From: Nitrospirota bacterium
GTDB taxonomy: Bacteria; Nitrospirota; UBA9217
Assembly (NCBI GenBank): GCA_963751455.1
Contig: CAVVUN010000012.1
Span: 544,001-608,000 of the forward strand
Direction: 5' to 3'
Length of the DNA: 64,000 bases
Shown: piece by piece, positions 27,252 through 37,196 of the stretch
Layout: every line of letters begins with the position of its first letter
How positions within the stretch are numbered: the stretch's first letter is position 1
Notes under the pieces: generated by a model
Database searches by the model: none
Told to the model about the DNA's origin: nothing
What the model saw: only the letters and a program-made list of their open reading frames with translations
Program-made: the position numbers and the translations under genes

Positions 27252-28046
27252 ATGCGTGTTTTGAACTTCGTTTTCCGGCAGAGGCTGCTTCTCGAAAAAG
27301 CGCTCATTGCCGTTTTGTTGTGTCACCTCCTTGGCTGCAGCACTACATCGGGACAAGCGCCTGAAAGCTGGGGTTGGAGCCGTATTCGTGACGCAGCAGT
27401 GAATGCGGCCACTTCACCCGCAACATGGGCGCCGGCTGCAGGAGCGCTCGCTTTTTCTATTGGTAATGCCGACCGAAAGGTCTCTGACTGGGCTTCGAGC
27501 AGAGCGCCGGTATACGGGTCGCAGGAACGAGCCGGACGCATCAGCGACACACTGTTGCGGACATCAGATTACCTCTTCGTCGGAAGCGCTCTTGCATCCC
27601 CGCTTTACACTATCCCGGCGGTACTCTCCGTGGAGACCGGAGCCGGCATCCTGATGCGGTCATCTGTGGGAGCTATCAAACAGAAAACCGGCAGGACCCG
27701 GCCAAACGGCCGCGACAAAGTCAGTTTTCCCTCAGGACATTCGGCAGGCTCGTCGATCAGCGCAACGCTGGCATATCGTAATATAGAACCCTTTACTATG
27801 CCGTATCCTGCAGTAGACGCCGCGTCACAAGTAGCCTTTACCGGTATTGCGGCTGCAACAGCATGGGCCAGGGTTGAGGCAAAGCAGCACTATCCCTCGG
27901 ATGTGCTTGCTGGCGCGGCAATCGGCCATTTTTTCGGCGTCTTCTTGACTGATTTATTGCTAGGTCCTGTGCATTCGACTGTCATCACTCCCGTCATACA
28001 GCCCGCCCCGGGCGGATTTGTCGCTTCTCTCACCTGGCATTTTTGA
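27252..28046 (+). CDS. PAP2-family phosphatase (probable lipoprotein)
   Basis: KQKTGRTRP, SFPSGH, ARVEAKQHYPSDV motifs; LLGC lipobox. Confidence 0.9.
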   Translation: MRVLNFVFRQRLLLEKALIAVLLCHLLGCSTTSGQAPESWGWSRIRDAAVNAATSPATWAPAAGALAFSIGNADRKVSDWASSRAPVYGSQERAGRISDTLLRTSDYLFVGSALASPLYTIPAVLSVETGAGILMRSSVGAIKQKTGRTRPNGRDKVSFPSGHSAGSSISATLAYRNIEPFTMPYPAVDAASQVAFTGIAAATAWARVEAKQHYPSDVLAGAAIGHFFGVFLTDLLLGPVHSTVITPVIQPAPGGFVASLTWHF

Positions 28047-28177
28047 TTGGAAAAAGGGGCCGCACCGACTGAAATAAACCGCCACAAATAAAAAGGGCAA
28101 GCGCTCAATAAACGCCTGCCCTCTGGTTCATCTTTCTCTTCCGGCGCAACAACCGGTCAAGGCCTGAAATAAATATT

Positions 28178-28705
28178 CTACTTCCCGCCTTTCATATTTT
28201 GAATCATCTGCTGGATATCGGCGGCATCATGTGCAGTCGGTGATAGCTCCAGATACTTTTCAAACTCCTTGATGGCCCCCTTCGTGTCCTTTAGATCGAA
28301 CGCAAGAACGATCCCCATGTTCCGGTGAGCATACAGATGGCTCGGGTTGATCTTTATCGCCTGCTTGTATTCTTGAAGGGCCAGAGCGGGCCTGCCGGAA
28401 TTCTTCAAACAGGTGCCCCTGTCAACCCGGACGTCCACATTCTTCGGATAAATGACAAGCGCTTTCTGGTAGGCGTCGACTGCCTCGTTGTACCGCTTTG
28501 AATCCATGTATGCATTGCCGAGGGCAATCCATACATCGCCGTTTTTCGGCGCCTGCTTCGCCATGTCCTCGAGCTGACGCATTTCTTCCGGCGATTTCAT
28601 CGGAATGCCGCCGGTATACCCGGCCGGGGCTTTCGGCTCCTGGGGCTGCTTGCAGCCGGTTGCTGCAAGAAGTGCCAGCACAATCACAATAAAAGCTTTT
28701 TTCAT
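28178..28705 (-). CDS. TPR lipoprotein
   Basis: ATGC lipobox; TPR units WIALGNAYMD…AVDAYQKAL, VRVDRGTCL, AHRNMGIVL; AAGGAGG RBS. Confidence 0.9.
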   Translation of the reverse strand: MKKAFIVIVLALLAATGCKQPQEPKAPAGYTGGIPMKSPEEMRQLEDMAKQAPKNGDVWIALGNAYMDSKRYNEAVDAYQKALVIYPKNVDVRVDRGTCLKNSGRPALALQEYKQAIKINPSHLYAHRNMGIVLAFDLKDTKGAIKEFEKYLELSPTAHDAADIQQMIQNMKGGK

Positions 28706-28727
28706 ATTTCCTCCTTAGTGAATATTT

Positions 28728-29045
28728 TTATGCTTTGATGAATGAGCAGCAGTAATCCGACAGCTTCCTTATTATAAGCTTGAATTTGGCGTTCGCAGGC
28801 ACTTCAAAGGATTCTCCGCTCTTGATCGGTTTCCAGGAAGTTTGACCGGGCAGAAGTACGTCGAGGTCTCCTGAGAATATCTCCATGACTTCCTTCTCGG
28901 CTGTATTGAACTCATATTCGCCGGGCAGCATCACGCCCAGGGTCTTTTTCGAGCCGTCAGCGAACAGCACGGTCCTGCTCGTAACTTTGCCGTCAAAATA
29001 AATATTCGCTTCCTTCACAACGGTTACATTCTTGAATTCCGACAT
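28728..29045 (-). CDS. ppnP: Pyrimidine/purine nucleoside phosphorylase (DUF1255)
   Basis: [27 protein letters not shown], ExMEI, FEVPAN, YCCSF. Confidence 0.92.
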   Translation of the reverse strand: MSEFKNVTVVKEANIYFDGKVTSRTVLFADGSKKTLGVMLPGEYEFNTAEKEVMEIFSGDLDVLLPGQTSWKPIKSGESFEVPANAKFKLIIRKLSDYCCSFIKA

Positions 29046-29279
29046 CCGGTCCCCCTTTAGCGCAAATATCGTATGGTGCGACGCAGTATCTTTTGTACAC
29101 TTTCTGACACTGCAATGTCAACCCAAAAAAATTCAATCCCATATTCCAGAGTTGTACGCCCTCGAAAGAATCGGTTCAGTCCTTGACAACCGGCGCACAG
29201 GGAACTAAATTTTAATTATTACGGTGAGCGGCTAGCACCTAAAGTATTATTATAAATCCAGCTAAACAGGAATGCAATT

Positions 29280-29927
29280 ATGATATTCGAGAACAGACAG
29301 GATGCCGGAATTTTTCTCGCGGAACGACTCGAACACTATAAGGGACGAAAAGATGTGGTTATATGCGCTCTGCCGAGAGGCGGCGTAGTCACTGCATATC
29401 AGATTGCGGGTTTTCTGAAAGCGCCGCTCGACGTGCTTATCGTACGCAAGATCGGTTTCCCCGGAGAATCAGAGCTCGCGGTCGGGGCAGTTGCCGAAAC
29501 AGGAGCCGTGGTCCTGAACCCTTCAATTATCGAGCTTAACCGGGTGCCGGACGAATACATCCGGGCTGAAATCGCACGGCAGAAGCAGGAAATCGCACGG
29601 CAAGTCGAGCTCTATCGCGGCGGAGCAGCAAGAATTAACGTTAGGAATAAAGCGGTCATCCTCGTGGATGACGGCGTCGCAACCGGGGCAACGATGAAAG
29701 CTGCGATAGAGGCGGTGAAGCAGGAAGGCGCGGCAAAGATCGTTATAGCCCTGCCGGTAAGTCCGCCTGAAACAGCCGCTGCGCTGAGAAACTTGTCCGA
29801 TGAATTCGTGTGTATCAATACGCCCTATAATTTCATGGCGGTCGGCTTCCATTACAAGCATTTCGATCAAGTGAGCGACAAGGAAGTCATAGATCTGCTG
29901 CAGCGATCATCAGCCCGGGCAGCGTAA
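29280..29927 (+). CDS. Phosphoribosyltransferase family protein
   Basis: FENRQDAG, ALPRGGV, VRKIGFP, PRPP-binding ILVDDGVATGAT; upstream TTGACA-17-TAAATT at 29183-29211. Confidence 0.92.
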   Translation: MIFENRQDAGIFLAERLEHYKGRKDVVICALPRGGVVTAYQIAGFLKAPLDVLIVRKIGFPGESELAVGAVAETGAVVLNPSIIELNRVPDEYIRAEIARQKQEIARQVELYRGGAARINVRNKAVILVDDGVATGATMKAAIEAVKQEGAAKIVIALPVSPPETAAALRNLSDEFVCINTPYNFMAVGFHYKHFDQVSDKEVIDLLQRSSARAA

Positions 29928-30032
29928 AACGGTATAGTATCAAAGTGTCGGAGCGGCATAGTATCAGAGTGATAGCGCCACCCTTTGAACTGTTTGATCT
30001 GACACTTTGACACTTTAATACTGACTTTCTCT

Positions 30033-31715
30033 CTATCTCGTCAAATGCCGGTACTTTATCCTGTGCGGTTGGGCTGCGTCAGCGCCGAGCCGCGCCTTCC
30101 GGTCCGCTTCGTATTCGGAATAATTCCCGTCGAAGAACACGACTTTGCTTTCTCCTTCGAAGGCCAGGATGTGCGAGGCGATCCGGTCAAGGAACCACCG
30201 ATCATGGCTGATGACCACCGCGCAGCCGGCGAAGTTCTCGAGTCCCTCCTCGAGCGCCCGCATGGTGTTTACATCAATGTCATTCGTGGGCTCATCGAGC
30301 AGCAGCACGTTCGCCTCTTCCTTTAATACACGCGCGAGGTGCACCCTGTTCCTTTCGCCGCCGGACAGCACGCCAACCTTTTTCTGCTGGTCCGTACCTC
30401 CGAAGTTGAACCGCGAAACATAAGCGCGGGAGTTCATCAGCGCCTTGCCCAGTTGTACCTGCTCCTGACCGCCGGTGATCACTTGCCAGATGGTCTTGTC
30501 CGGATCGAGGGCGTCCCGGCTCTGGTCCACATACCCAAGCTTTACGGTGTCGCCGATCCTAAGGACTCCCTTGTCCGGCTTGTCCTGGCCGGTTATCATC
30601 CGAAAAAGAGTGGTCTTGCCCGCGCCATTCGGCCCGATCACTCCCACGATGCTGCCGGGCGAGAGCAAAAAAGACATGCCGTCAACCAGGATATTGTCGC
30701 CATAGGCCTTGGTCACATTGTCGGCCTCGATCACCACTTTGCCGAGCCGGGGTCCCGGCGGGATATAGATCTCCAACTCCTTTGCGCGCGCCTCGCCTTG
30801 CTTGCTGAGCAGCTCTTCATAGGAGCTGATGCGCGCCTTCGCTTTCGCATGCCTGCCTTTGGGCGACATCCTGATCCATTCCAGCTCCCGCGCGAGCGTT
30901 TTCTGGCGTTCGCTCTCGGATTTTTCCTCAAGCTTCAACCGCTCACCCTTCTGTTCGAGCCATGAAGAGTAGTTCCCCTTCCAGGGAATGCCCTGGCCGC
31001 GGTCAAGCTCCAGAATCCAGCCGGCCACATTGTCCAGGAAGTACCGGTCATGGGTCACGGCGATTACCGTGCCCTCGTAGTTCTGAAGATGGTGTTCGAG
31101 CCAGGCCACAGACTCGGCATCCAGATGGTTCGTGGGCTCGTCAAGAAGAAGAATGTCCGGTTTCTTGAGCAGCAGCCTGCACAGCGCTACCCGCCGTTTT
31201 TCGCCTCCTGACAACACCTTTACGTTTGCGTCCCCGTCGGGGCAGCGCAGCGCGTCCATTGCCATTTCGAGCCTGCTGTCCAGCTCCCAGGCGTTCAAAT
31301 GATCGAGCTTCTCTTGCACTTCTCCCTGCCGGGCGATCAGCTTGTTCATCTCGTCATCCGACATCGGGTTCGCGAAGCTCTCATTGATTTTATTGTACTC
31401 ATTGAGGAGGTCGACCGTTTCCTGTACGCCTTCTTCTACGACCTGCCGCACTGTTTTCGACGGATCAAGCTTCGGTTCCTGTTCGAGAAACCCGACTGTA
31501 TAGCCGGGCGACAGCACCGCCTCTCCCACGTGCTCCTTGTCAATGCCTGCCATGATCCGGAGAAGCGAACTCTTGCCGGATCCGTTCAGACCAAGAACGC
31601 CGATCTTGGCGCCGTAAAAGTACGATAGATAAATGTCCTTCAGTACGGGTTTTTTATCATAGAACTTGCTTACCCCCACCATGGAGTAAATTATTTTGTT
31701 CGGTTCGTTTGCCAT
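30033..31715 (-). CDS. ettA: Energy-dependent translational throttle protein EttA
   Basis: GAKIGVLGLNGSGKSS, ELDRGQGIPWKGNYSSWLEQK, ELEWIR..PKGRHAK, C-terminal PHRIKYR. Confidence 0.96.
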   Translation of the reverse strand: MANEPNKIIYSMVGVSKFYDKKPVLKDIYLSYFYGAKIGVLGLNGSGKSSLLRIMAGIDKEHVGEAVLSPGYTVGFLEQEPKLDPSKTVRQVVEEGVQETVDLLNEYNKINESFANPMSDDEMNKLIARQGEVQEKLDHLNAWELDSRLEMAMDALRCPDGDANVKVLSGGEKRRVALCRLLLKKPDILLLDEPTNHLDAESVAWLEHHLQNYEGTVIAVTHDRYFLDNVAGWILELDRGQGIPWKGNYSSWLEQKGERLKLEEKSESERQKTLARELEWIRMSPKGRHAKAKARISSYEELLSKQGEARAKELEIYIPPGPRLGKVVIEADNVTKAYGDNILVDGMSFLLSPGSIVGVIGPNGAGKTTLFRMITGQDKPDKGVLRIGDTVKLGYVDQSRDALDPDKTIWQVITGGQEQVQLGKALMNSRAYVSRFNFGGTDQQKKVGVLSGGERNRVHLARVLKEEANVLLLDEPTNDIDVNTMRALEEGLENFAGCAVVISHDRWFLDRIASHILAFEGESKVVFFDGNYSEYEADRKARLGADAAQPHRIKYRHLTR

Positions 31716-31899
31716 GCTCGTTCGAATCCTCCCCCTCGGCGTTCCAAATCAAATTTGGGTCAGCAGCGCACACTGTGCGAATTGCAGGTTTCTTTGTACA
31801 CTTATCAAAACAGAGTGTCAATGATAAAAAGAGTCCGTCCGGCACCAGACATACTAAGTGCGTATGAGCGGCCGGGAGACCCTGGAATCTCGGGCCTTG

Positions 31900-31928
31900 T
31901 TGACAAGGTTTTAGGGTATTGATACGCT
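31900..31928 (+). promoter_or_regulatory. Sigma70 promoter placing +1 at the HD-GYP start codon
   Basis: TTGACA-17-TACGCT with extended TG; ATG 7 nt downstream; no Shine-Dalgarno. Confidence 0.55.
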
Positions 31929-31934
31929 CAAGCT

Positions 31935-32717
31935 ATGAAGCCGGATCCGGTTGTGCACACTTGCCCGAACTGCGGCCAGCCTATCGAAGAATACCGCTAC
32001 GTCAAGAGACGCGACGGCACCTATCGCTGTGAACATTGCTATTTCACCAACACGTATCTGGATGGGGTAGTGCAGAGGATGGACACGGCTTATCTTGTGA
32101 CGCTCGAGGCTTTTGTGACCGCCATCGATGCGCGCGAGCATGAAGTCGGGAACCATTCCCTGCGCGTCACCGAATTTTCCCTTATCATCGGCAATGCCTG
32201 CGGCGTGAGGGGGCGGGAAATGGTCGATCTCTATGCTGGCTCGCTGCTTCACGATATCGGCAAGATCGGCGTACCGGACGCGGTACTGCTGAAGGCCGGC
32301 CCGTTTAATAAGGAAGAACGGGCTATCATGCAGAAACATCCTGAGATCGGCTACCGTATAATAGGTCACATCGGTTATTTTTCCCGGGCAGCTGAAATCA
32401 TCCGCAGCCATCACGAGCACTACGATGGTTCGGGCTACCCGAGAAGACTCAAAGATGTAGAGATTCCGCATGGGGCAAGGGTCTTCGCCATCGCTGACGC
32501 CCTCGATGCGCTGACGGTAACGCGGCCCTATCGCAAAGCGGTCCTCTTCGATGATGCCATCGAGGAAATCCTGCCCGATTCCGGCAGGATTTTCGATCCT
32601 GCTGTGGTAGAGGCGTTTTTAAAATCAGCGGATGAATTAAAAGAATTTATCGGCAGAATCGTATTGGGCGGGAGTGATACCGGTACCGTCGATTTCGATA
32701 CTATTCTAAATACGTAG
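31935..32717 (+). CDS. HD-GYP cyclic-dinucleotide phosphodiesterase with N-terminal Zn-ribbon
   Basis: CPNC…CEHC; HSLRV, LLHDIGK, HHEHYDGSGYP, ADALDA, RPYR. Confidence 0.92.
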   Translation: MKPDPVVHTCPNCGQPIEEYRYVKRRDGTYRCEHCYFTNTYLDGVVQRMDTAYLVTLEAFVTAIDAREHEVGNHSLRVTEFSLIIGNACGVRGREMVDLYAGSLLHDIGKIGVPDAVLLKAGPFNKEERAIMQKHPEIGYRIIGHIGYFSRAAEIIRSHHEHYDGSGYPRRLKDVEIPHGARVFAIADALDALTVTRPYRKAVLFDDAIEEILPDSGRIFDPAVVEAFLKSADELKEFIGRIVLGGSDTGTVDFDTILNT

Positions 32718-32898
32718 TTACTAAAAAGTAAAATTCTTCTCAAAATGGCAAGAAAATTCAGCCACAGAGGTCACAGAGCACACAGAGAACGGCTTGAAAC
32801 AATTTCATAAATCCAGGCTTTGCTTTATATTTCTCCTCTGTGAACTCTGTGTGCTCTGTGGCAAAAAGGTTTTGGTTCCGGCTTGTCCGGGTTAGGTA
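32715..32898. repeat. Composite repeat element (family C chassis plus CACAGAG periodic hairpin)
   Basis: GCCACAGAGGTCACAGAGCACACAGAG…CTCTGTGAACTCTGTGTGCTCTGTGGC (9-nt period) inside flanks resembling 8614-8768. Confidence 0.7.
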
Positions 32899-32988
32899 AG
32901 AGCATGGAAGACAAAAAAGGGGTTGGGCGTTTAAAATGTACGGTTCGGTCATGCAACCCGTTTGTCGCACCGTCAATTTCCAAAACAT

Positions 32989-34137
32989 TTAAGAGAACTT
33001 ATTGTTGCTATGTTCTCCCGTTTTTTCCTGTTCGACCGAGGTACGCTTTTTGGCATCATCTATTATTAAAGCCATCTTTTTCTCGGCGGCCTCGACACTT
33101 TCAAGCAGTTTGAACTGCACCCGGGCACGATGCAGGTTGTGCGTGGAGTATCGGGTCTTAAAATACGTGTCGCCGAGAAGATAATCCGTCAGAAAGCGAA
33201 GGCCCAGCTCAAAGGTTATTACCTTTACGGAGGCGGGAAGCAGTTCAATCTCCTCTTGCGTCAGAAATAATCCTGCCTCACGCAGATACCCCTCTGTTAC
33301 TGCAGCAAAAACGTCGAGGTCCAAGCGGACGTTCTCCAATTGCGGTGCATCCTCGCCGGCGCGATTACCGGCGGAACGCAGGCAATCGCCAAAGTCAAAG
33401 TGAACTATCCCCGGCTTTACCGTATCAAGATCAAGCATACATATGGCTTCACCCGTCGCTGCATCGAGCATAATATTATTCACCTTGGGATCATTGTGCA
33501 CGACACGGACGGGGACTTCGCCATGCTCGATACGGTCAGTAAGAAGGTGCGCGAGGACGCGCCTTTGCGAGACAAAAGCGATCTCGGGCTCAACCGATGA
33601 AACCCTTCCTCTTGTGTCGGCAGCCAAAGCTTTATCGTATTCACCCAGATACCGCGGTGTATGATGAAAGCCGGGAAGCGTGTCGTGCAGTCCGGCGGGC
33701 GCCATGCCGGAAACAAGCGCCTGAAATTTGCCGAGTCCGCGTCCTACCTGGAATGCCTGCCGGCTGTCTGAGATTGAATCGAATACCTTTCCCTGCTCTA
33801 TGAAATGGAATACCCGCCAGTATGCGCCGGATTTGTCCTGGTGATACGAGCGTCCTTCCCGGGTGAAAACAAGCGCAGGTGTGACGCGATACGGATCGGG
33901 CACACCACGTTCGCGAAGCCTGTTCACAATATAGGTCGTGACCGCTTCCACGTTCTCCATTACCTGCACCGGATGTTTGAACACTGCAGTATTGATTTTC
34001 TGGAGAATATATTTGCGAACCGTGCGCCCGTTCCCGAACTCGCACAGATATGTGTCGTTGATCAGCCCCGAACCGAATCTTTGAACCTTGCCTGCGTCCC
34101 CGCCAAGGGGAAATCTGGATAGTACGGCCTGAATCAT
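32989..34137 (-). CDS. Aminoglycoside-phosphotransferase-fold kinase (N-acetylhexosamine 1-kinase-like)
   Basis: GSGLINDTY, YILQKIN, FHHTPRY, RVVHNDPKVNN, LDLDTV, DFGD, RFLTDYL.GD.YF; start moved to MIQAV because of the RBS. Confidence 0.88.
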   Translation of the reverse strand: MIQAVLSRFPLGGDAGKVQRFGSGLINDTYLCEFGNGRTVRKYILQKINTAVFKHPVQVMENVEAVTTYIVNRLRERGVPDPYRVTPALVFTREGRSYHQDKSGAYWRVFHFIEQGKVFDSISDSRQAFQVGRGLGKFQALVSGMAPAGLHDTLPGFHHTPRYLGEYDKALAADTRGRVSSVEPEIAFVSQRRVLAHLLTDRIEHGEVPVRVVHNDPKVNNIMLDAATGEAICMLDLDTVKPGIVHFDFGDCLRSAGNRAGEDAPQLENVRLDLDVFAAVTEGYLREAGLFLTQEEIELLPASVKVITFELGLRFLTDYLLGDTYFKTRYSTHNLHRARVQFKLLESVEAAEKKMALIIDDAKKRTSVEQEKTGEHSNNKFS

Positions 34138-34235
34138 GTTCTCGCTTCCCTCGCTGGGCCGCATTATAGCATGTTCCAGTCGTATTTCGAAACAGGTTAG
34201 AACGGATTCCTGCAAAAAGGACCCGGGGAAACCGG

Positions 34236-34484
34236 CTATCTCTTCCAATGCAGTTTTTCTATCACAAGATAGGTCCGTGTCGTATTGACGTCAATGCTTC
34301 CCTGGATATTTTCCATGATTACCTGGTCGATCTCCATGAGGGAAGCGGCTTGCACCTTCGCGATAATGTCCGTGTCACCATGGACCGCGGCAGCCTCCTG
34401 GACCTGCGGAAATTTTCGAAGCGCCTCTATGGCTTCAGCGGCGCGCTTTGTCGGTACGGTAATGAGTATGAAAGCAGTTATCAT
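34236..34484 (-). CDS. Lrp/AsnC ligand-binding-domain protein (no HTH)
   Basis: AFILI…VHGDTDIIAKV…TTRTY; GGAGG RBS. Confidence 0.88.
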   Translation of the reverse strand: MITAFILITVPTKRAAEAIEALRKFPQVQEAAAVHGDTDIIAKVQAASLMEIDQVIMENIQGSIDVNTTRTYLVIEKLHWKR

Positions 34485-34625
34485 TCGCGGCCTCCTTCCT
34501 CATCTGTCTCAAAATCCAGCCGCCGAGGCGCTGAGACACAGAGAAAACCTTTAAAGATTTCCTCAGCCTCCTCTGCGGTCAAACCGATTTTTTGCGAAGC
34601 GATAATGGAATAGTATGAAACTATT

Positions 34626-34783
34626 GTAACTATTCAGCTTCATTTCAGAACGGCATAAAGACAAATCTGAGAAAAAGCCCTTCTATCCGCAGATTTCGCA
34701 GATTCTAAAGCCGGAATTCTGGTTTTGTTTTTATCTGCGAAATCTGCGTAATCTGCGGATAAAAAATGACCTGAGTTATTTAC
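34626..34783. mobile_element. MITE family A
   Basis: Near-identical to 21156-21323; AAACTATT repeated on both flanks. Confidence 0.85.
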
Positions 34784-34788
34784 AAAAA

Positions 34789-35253
34789 CTATTTAACCAC
34801 CATAACCGGAATTTCGGCGCTATTTGTAACTTCGCGGCTTACGCTTCCCATAAACAGATGAGTAGCCCTGCTGCCCCTTGAGCCGATGATGATCATATCA
34901 GCTCCTTCCTGCTTTGCAGTCGCGAGTATCTCCTCTGCCGGATGGCCCTTTCTGATTACTGTCTTTATGCCGCCCAATCCGCTTTCTTCGAGCGCCTTCT
35001 TATAGTAGCCGACAATGGCTGCGGCCTTTTTATCGAGCGCCGTCTGATATTCGGTCCCTTCCAGGGCTTGCTTCAGCGTCTGCATTTCCGAAACGCTCAG
35101 AAGCTGATCGTCCATCAGGGACCTGCCTTCGAGCTTCTCTACATAGACCAGAATGATTGAGTCAGGGTGAATGCAGGCGCATGTCTTAACGCATTGCGCA
35201 AAAGCGTTCCTGGTGCCCTTCGTATCATCGACTGCAATAAGGATTTTTTTCAT
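34789..35253 (-). CDS. Universal stress protein
   Basis: KKILIAVD, GHPAEEIL, DMIIIGSRG, MGSVSREV, PVMVVK; GGAGG RBS before MKK. Confidence 0.93.
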   Translation of the reverse strand: MKKILIAVDDTKGTRNAFAQCVKTCACIHPDSIILVYVEKLEGRSLMDDQLLSVSEMQTLKQALEGTEYQTALDKKAAAIVGYYKKALEESGLGGIKTVIRKGHPAEEILATAKQEGADMIIIGSRGSRATHLFMGSVSREVTNSAEIPVMVVK

Positions 35254-35403
35254 CTTGTTACCCTCCTTCCGGGTGTAACAGCTTTCAGCAAACCTGGAAA
35301 CGCCGGTTGTGACCACTGATGAACACGTTAACATCTTAAATGAATAATATATTTCAGACGATATCTTCACCCAATTTATGATTCATATTCTTGTTAATCG
35401 GGG

Positions 35404-37074
35404 TTAATTACTCTTCTTATGATAACCGTCCTGATCAGCAAGGCATTCCTGATCGATATTCGCAAGTTCCCTGGTGAAAGTTTCGTAATTCACGGAATAG
35501 TCGACTGGGCATTCGACGAGCACTGCTTTCTTTCGGGAAAAGGCGTCTTCCAGGACTTCGGACAGGACGTCTCCGTTGTTTACCTTGATGCCCTCCGCAC
35601 CGTAGCTCTCCGCATATTTGACGAAGTCGGGATTTGAGTAGTCCAGGCCGAAGTTTTTGAACCCCTTGCCCTGCTGTTCCCATTTGATAAATCCGAAAGC
35701 ATTGTCGTTCAGTATCAGGACGACCAGGGCAATGCCGTACCGCAGAGCGGTCTCGATTTCGCGCGAGTTCAGCATAAAGCCGCCGTCGCCGACCACCGCA
35801 AGCACCCTCTTCTCCGGATGGAGAAGTTTTGCAGCAAGGCCGGCAGGCATCCCGGCGCCCATCGTGGCGAATGCGTTGTCGACGAGGAACGTGTTCGGCT
35901 TGTATGTCTTGTACAGACGCGCAAACCACAATTTATAAATGCCGTTGTCGAGCGAAAGGATGTCGTCCTCAGCCATTACGTTTCTCACGTGCCGCACGAT
36001 CTCCTGGGGCTGCAGCGGGTAGGACTTCTTGAAATCAAGGGAAAGTTTTTTATTCAGGAACTCGCGGAACGACCGGAAAACCTCAGGGTCCTTCTTTCCC
36101 GTGGTCCTCTCTCCAAGCAGACGCAGGGACCTAGAAATATCGCCGATAACTTCTACCTCCGGGTTGAAATACTTGTCCGACTCCGCCTCGACGAAGTCTA
36201 TGTTGATGATCTTCTTATCGATGTTCCTGTTCCAGACCGAGGGCGGATACTCCACGATGTTGTAGCCGATCGTCAGGATCAGGTCCGCCTTATCGATGCC
36301 GCAGTTTACGTAGTCCCGCCGGTGAATGCCGGTCGCGAAGAGGCTGTACGGAGAATCGTCGCTCAGGACACCCTTTCCCATCTGGGTCTGGACCGCATAG
36401 ATGCCGGTCTTTTCGATGAACTGCTCGAGCTGCGCGGTTATCAGTTTTCGGTTGGCGCCTGAAGAAAGAACGATCAGCGGGTGGCGGGAATCGTTGATCA
36501 ACTGTGCGGCCCGGGCGATCACTTCCGGGTCCGGTGACGGCCGGCGCATATATCCCCGCTTCTGCACCGCGGCCGGAGTATCCGTTTCTGCGACATCTTC
36601 CGGCAACTCGATATGGACTGCTCCGGGCCGTTCCGCCTGGGCAAGCCTGAAGGCGTTCCGGACAATCGTTGGCGTCATGCTGGGGTCCACGATCGAAAGG
36701 GATTGCTTGGTGATCGGCCTCATCATGCTGACCACGTCGATCAATTGAAAGCGGGCCTGCCGGTTCTCCCTGAGCGCCTTCTGGCCGGAGATGGATACGA
36801 GCGGGGCGCCGATAAGCTGCGCATGGGCTACTCCGGTCATCAGGTTTGTGGCCCCCGGACCGAGCGTCGAGAAACAAACCCCTGCTTTCCCGGTCAGGCG
36901 TCCGTAAGTCGCTGCCATGAATGCGGCGGTCTGCTCATGCCTGGTCAGGATCAATTTGATCCTTGAAGTGCGGAGCGACTCCAGAAAATCGAGGTTTTCC
37001 TCGCCCGGAAGGCCGAAGACGTATTCGACGCCTTCTTCCTCCAGCTGCTTGACGAACAGGTCGGATGCTTTCAC
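35404..37074 (-). CDS. ThDP-dependent acetolactate-synthase-like enzyme; candidate 2-oxoglutarate decarboxylase
   Basis: FGLPGEEN, TRHEQ, STLGPGATN, ThDP motif GDGG…NDN; GTG start with GAGG RBS; no ilvN nearby; directly follows SSADH. Confidence 0.88.
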   Translation of the reverse strand: MKASDLFVKQLEEEGVEYVFGLPGEENLDFLESLRTSRIKLILTRHEQTAAFMAATYGRLTGKAGVCFSTLGPGATNLMTGVAHAQLIGAPLVSISGQKALRENRQARFQLIDVVSMMRPITKQSLSIVDPSMTPTIVRNAFRLAQAERPGAVHIELPEDVAETDTPAAVQKRGYMRRPSPDPEVIARAAQLINDSRHPLIVLSSGANRKLITAQLEQFIEKTGIYAVQTQMGKGVLSDDSPYSLFATGIHRRDYVNCGIDKADLILTIGYNIVEYPPSVWNRNIDKKIINIDFVEAESDKYFNPEVEVIGDISRSLRLLGERTTGKKDPEVFRSFREFLNKKLSLDFKKSYPLQPQEIVRHVRNVMAEDDILSLDNGIYKLWFARLYKTYKPNTFLVDNAFATMGAGMPAGLAAKLLHPEKRVLAVVGDGGFMLNSREIETALRYGIALVVLILNDNAFGFIKWEQQGKGFKNFGLDYSNPDFVKYAESYGAEGIKVNNGDVLSEVLEDAFSRKKAVLVECPVDYSVNYETFTRELANIDQECLADQDGYHKKSN

Positions 37075-37089
37075 ATTAACACCTCATAA

Positions 37090-37188
37090 AATGAGGGATG
37101 ATAGACGACTGTTCGCTTTGCTCACGAGGACGATGGACGCGAAGCGCTTTTCCGTCCTTCATCCCCCGTCCCTCATCCCTCTCATCAC
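37090..37188. repeat. Short-period imperfect palindrome (GAGG/GATG arms vs CCTC/CATC arms)
   Basis: ATGAGGGATGATAGACGAC…GAGGACGATGGACG / CGTCCTTCATCCCCGTCCCTCATCCCTCTCAT. Confidence 0.55.
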
Positions 37189-37196
37189 GGTTTTCG

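Noticed and set aside
32500-32540. HD-GYP as a cGAMP-specific phosphodiesterase matching the riboswitches
   Set aside because: The specificity loop reads RPYR (Rxx(K/R), the c-di-GMP or promiscuous type) rather than the RxxQ/N described for cGAMP-preferring enzymes.
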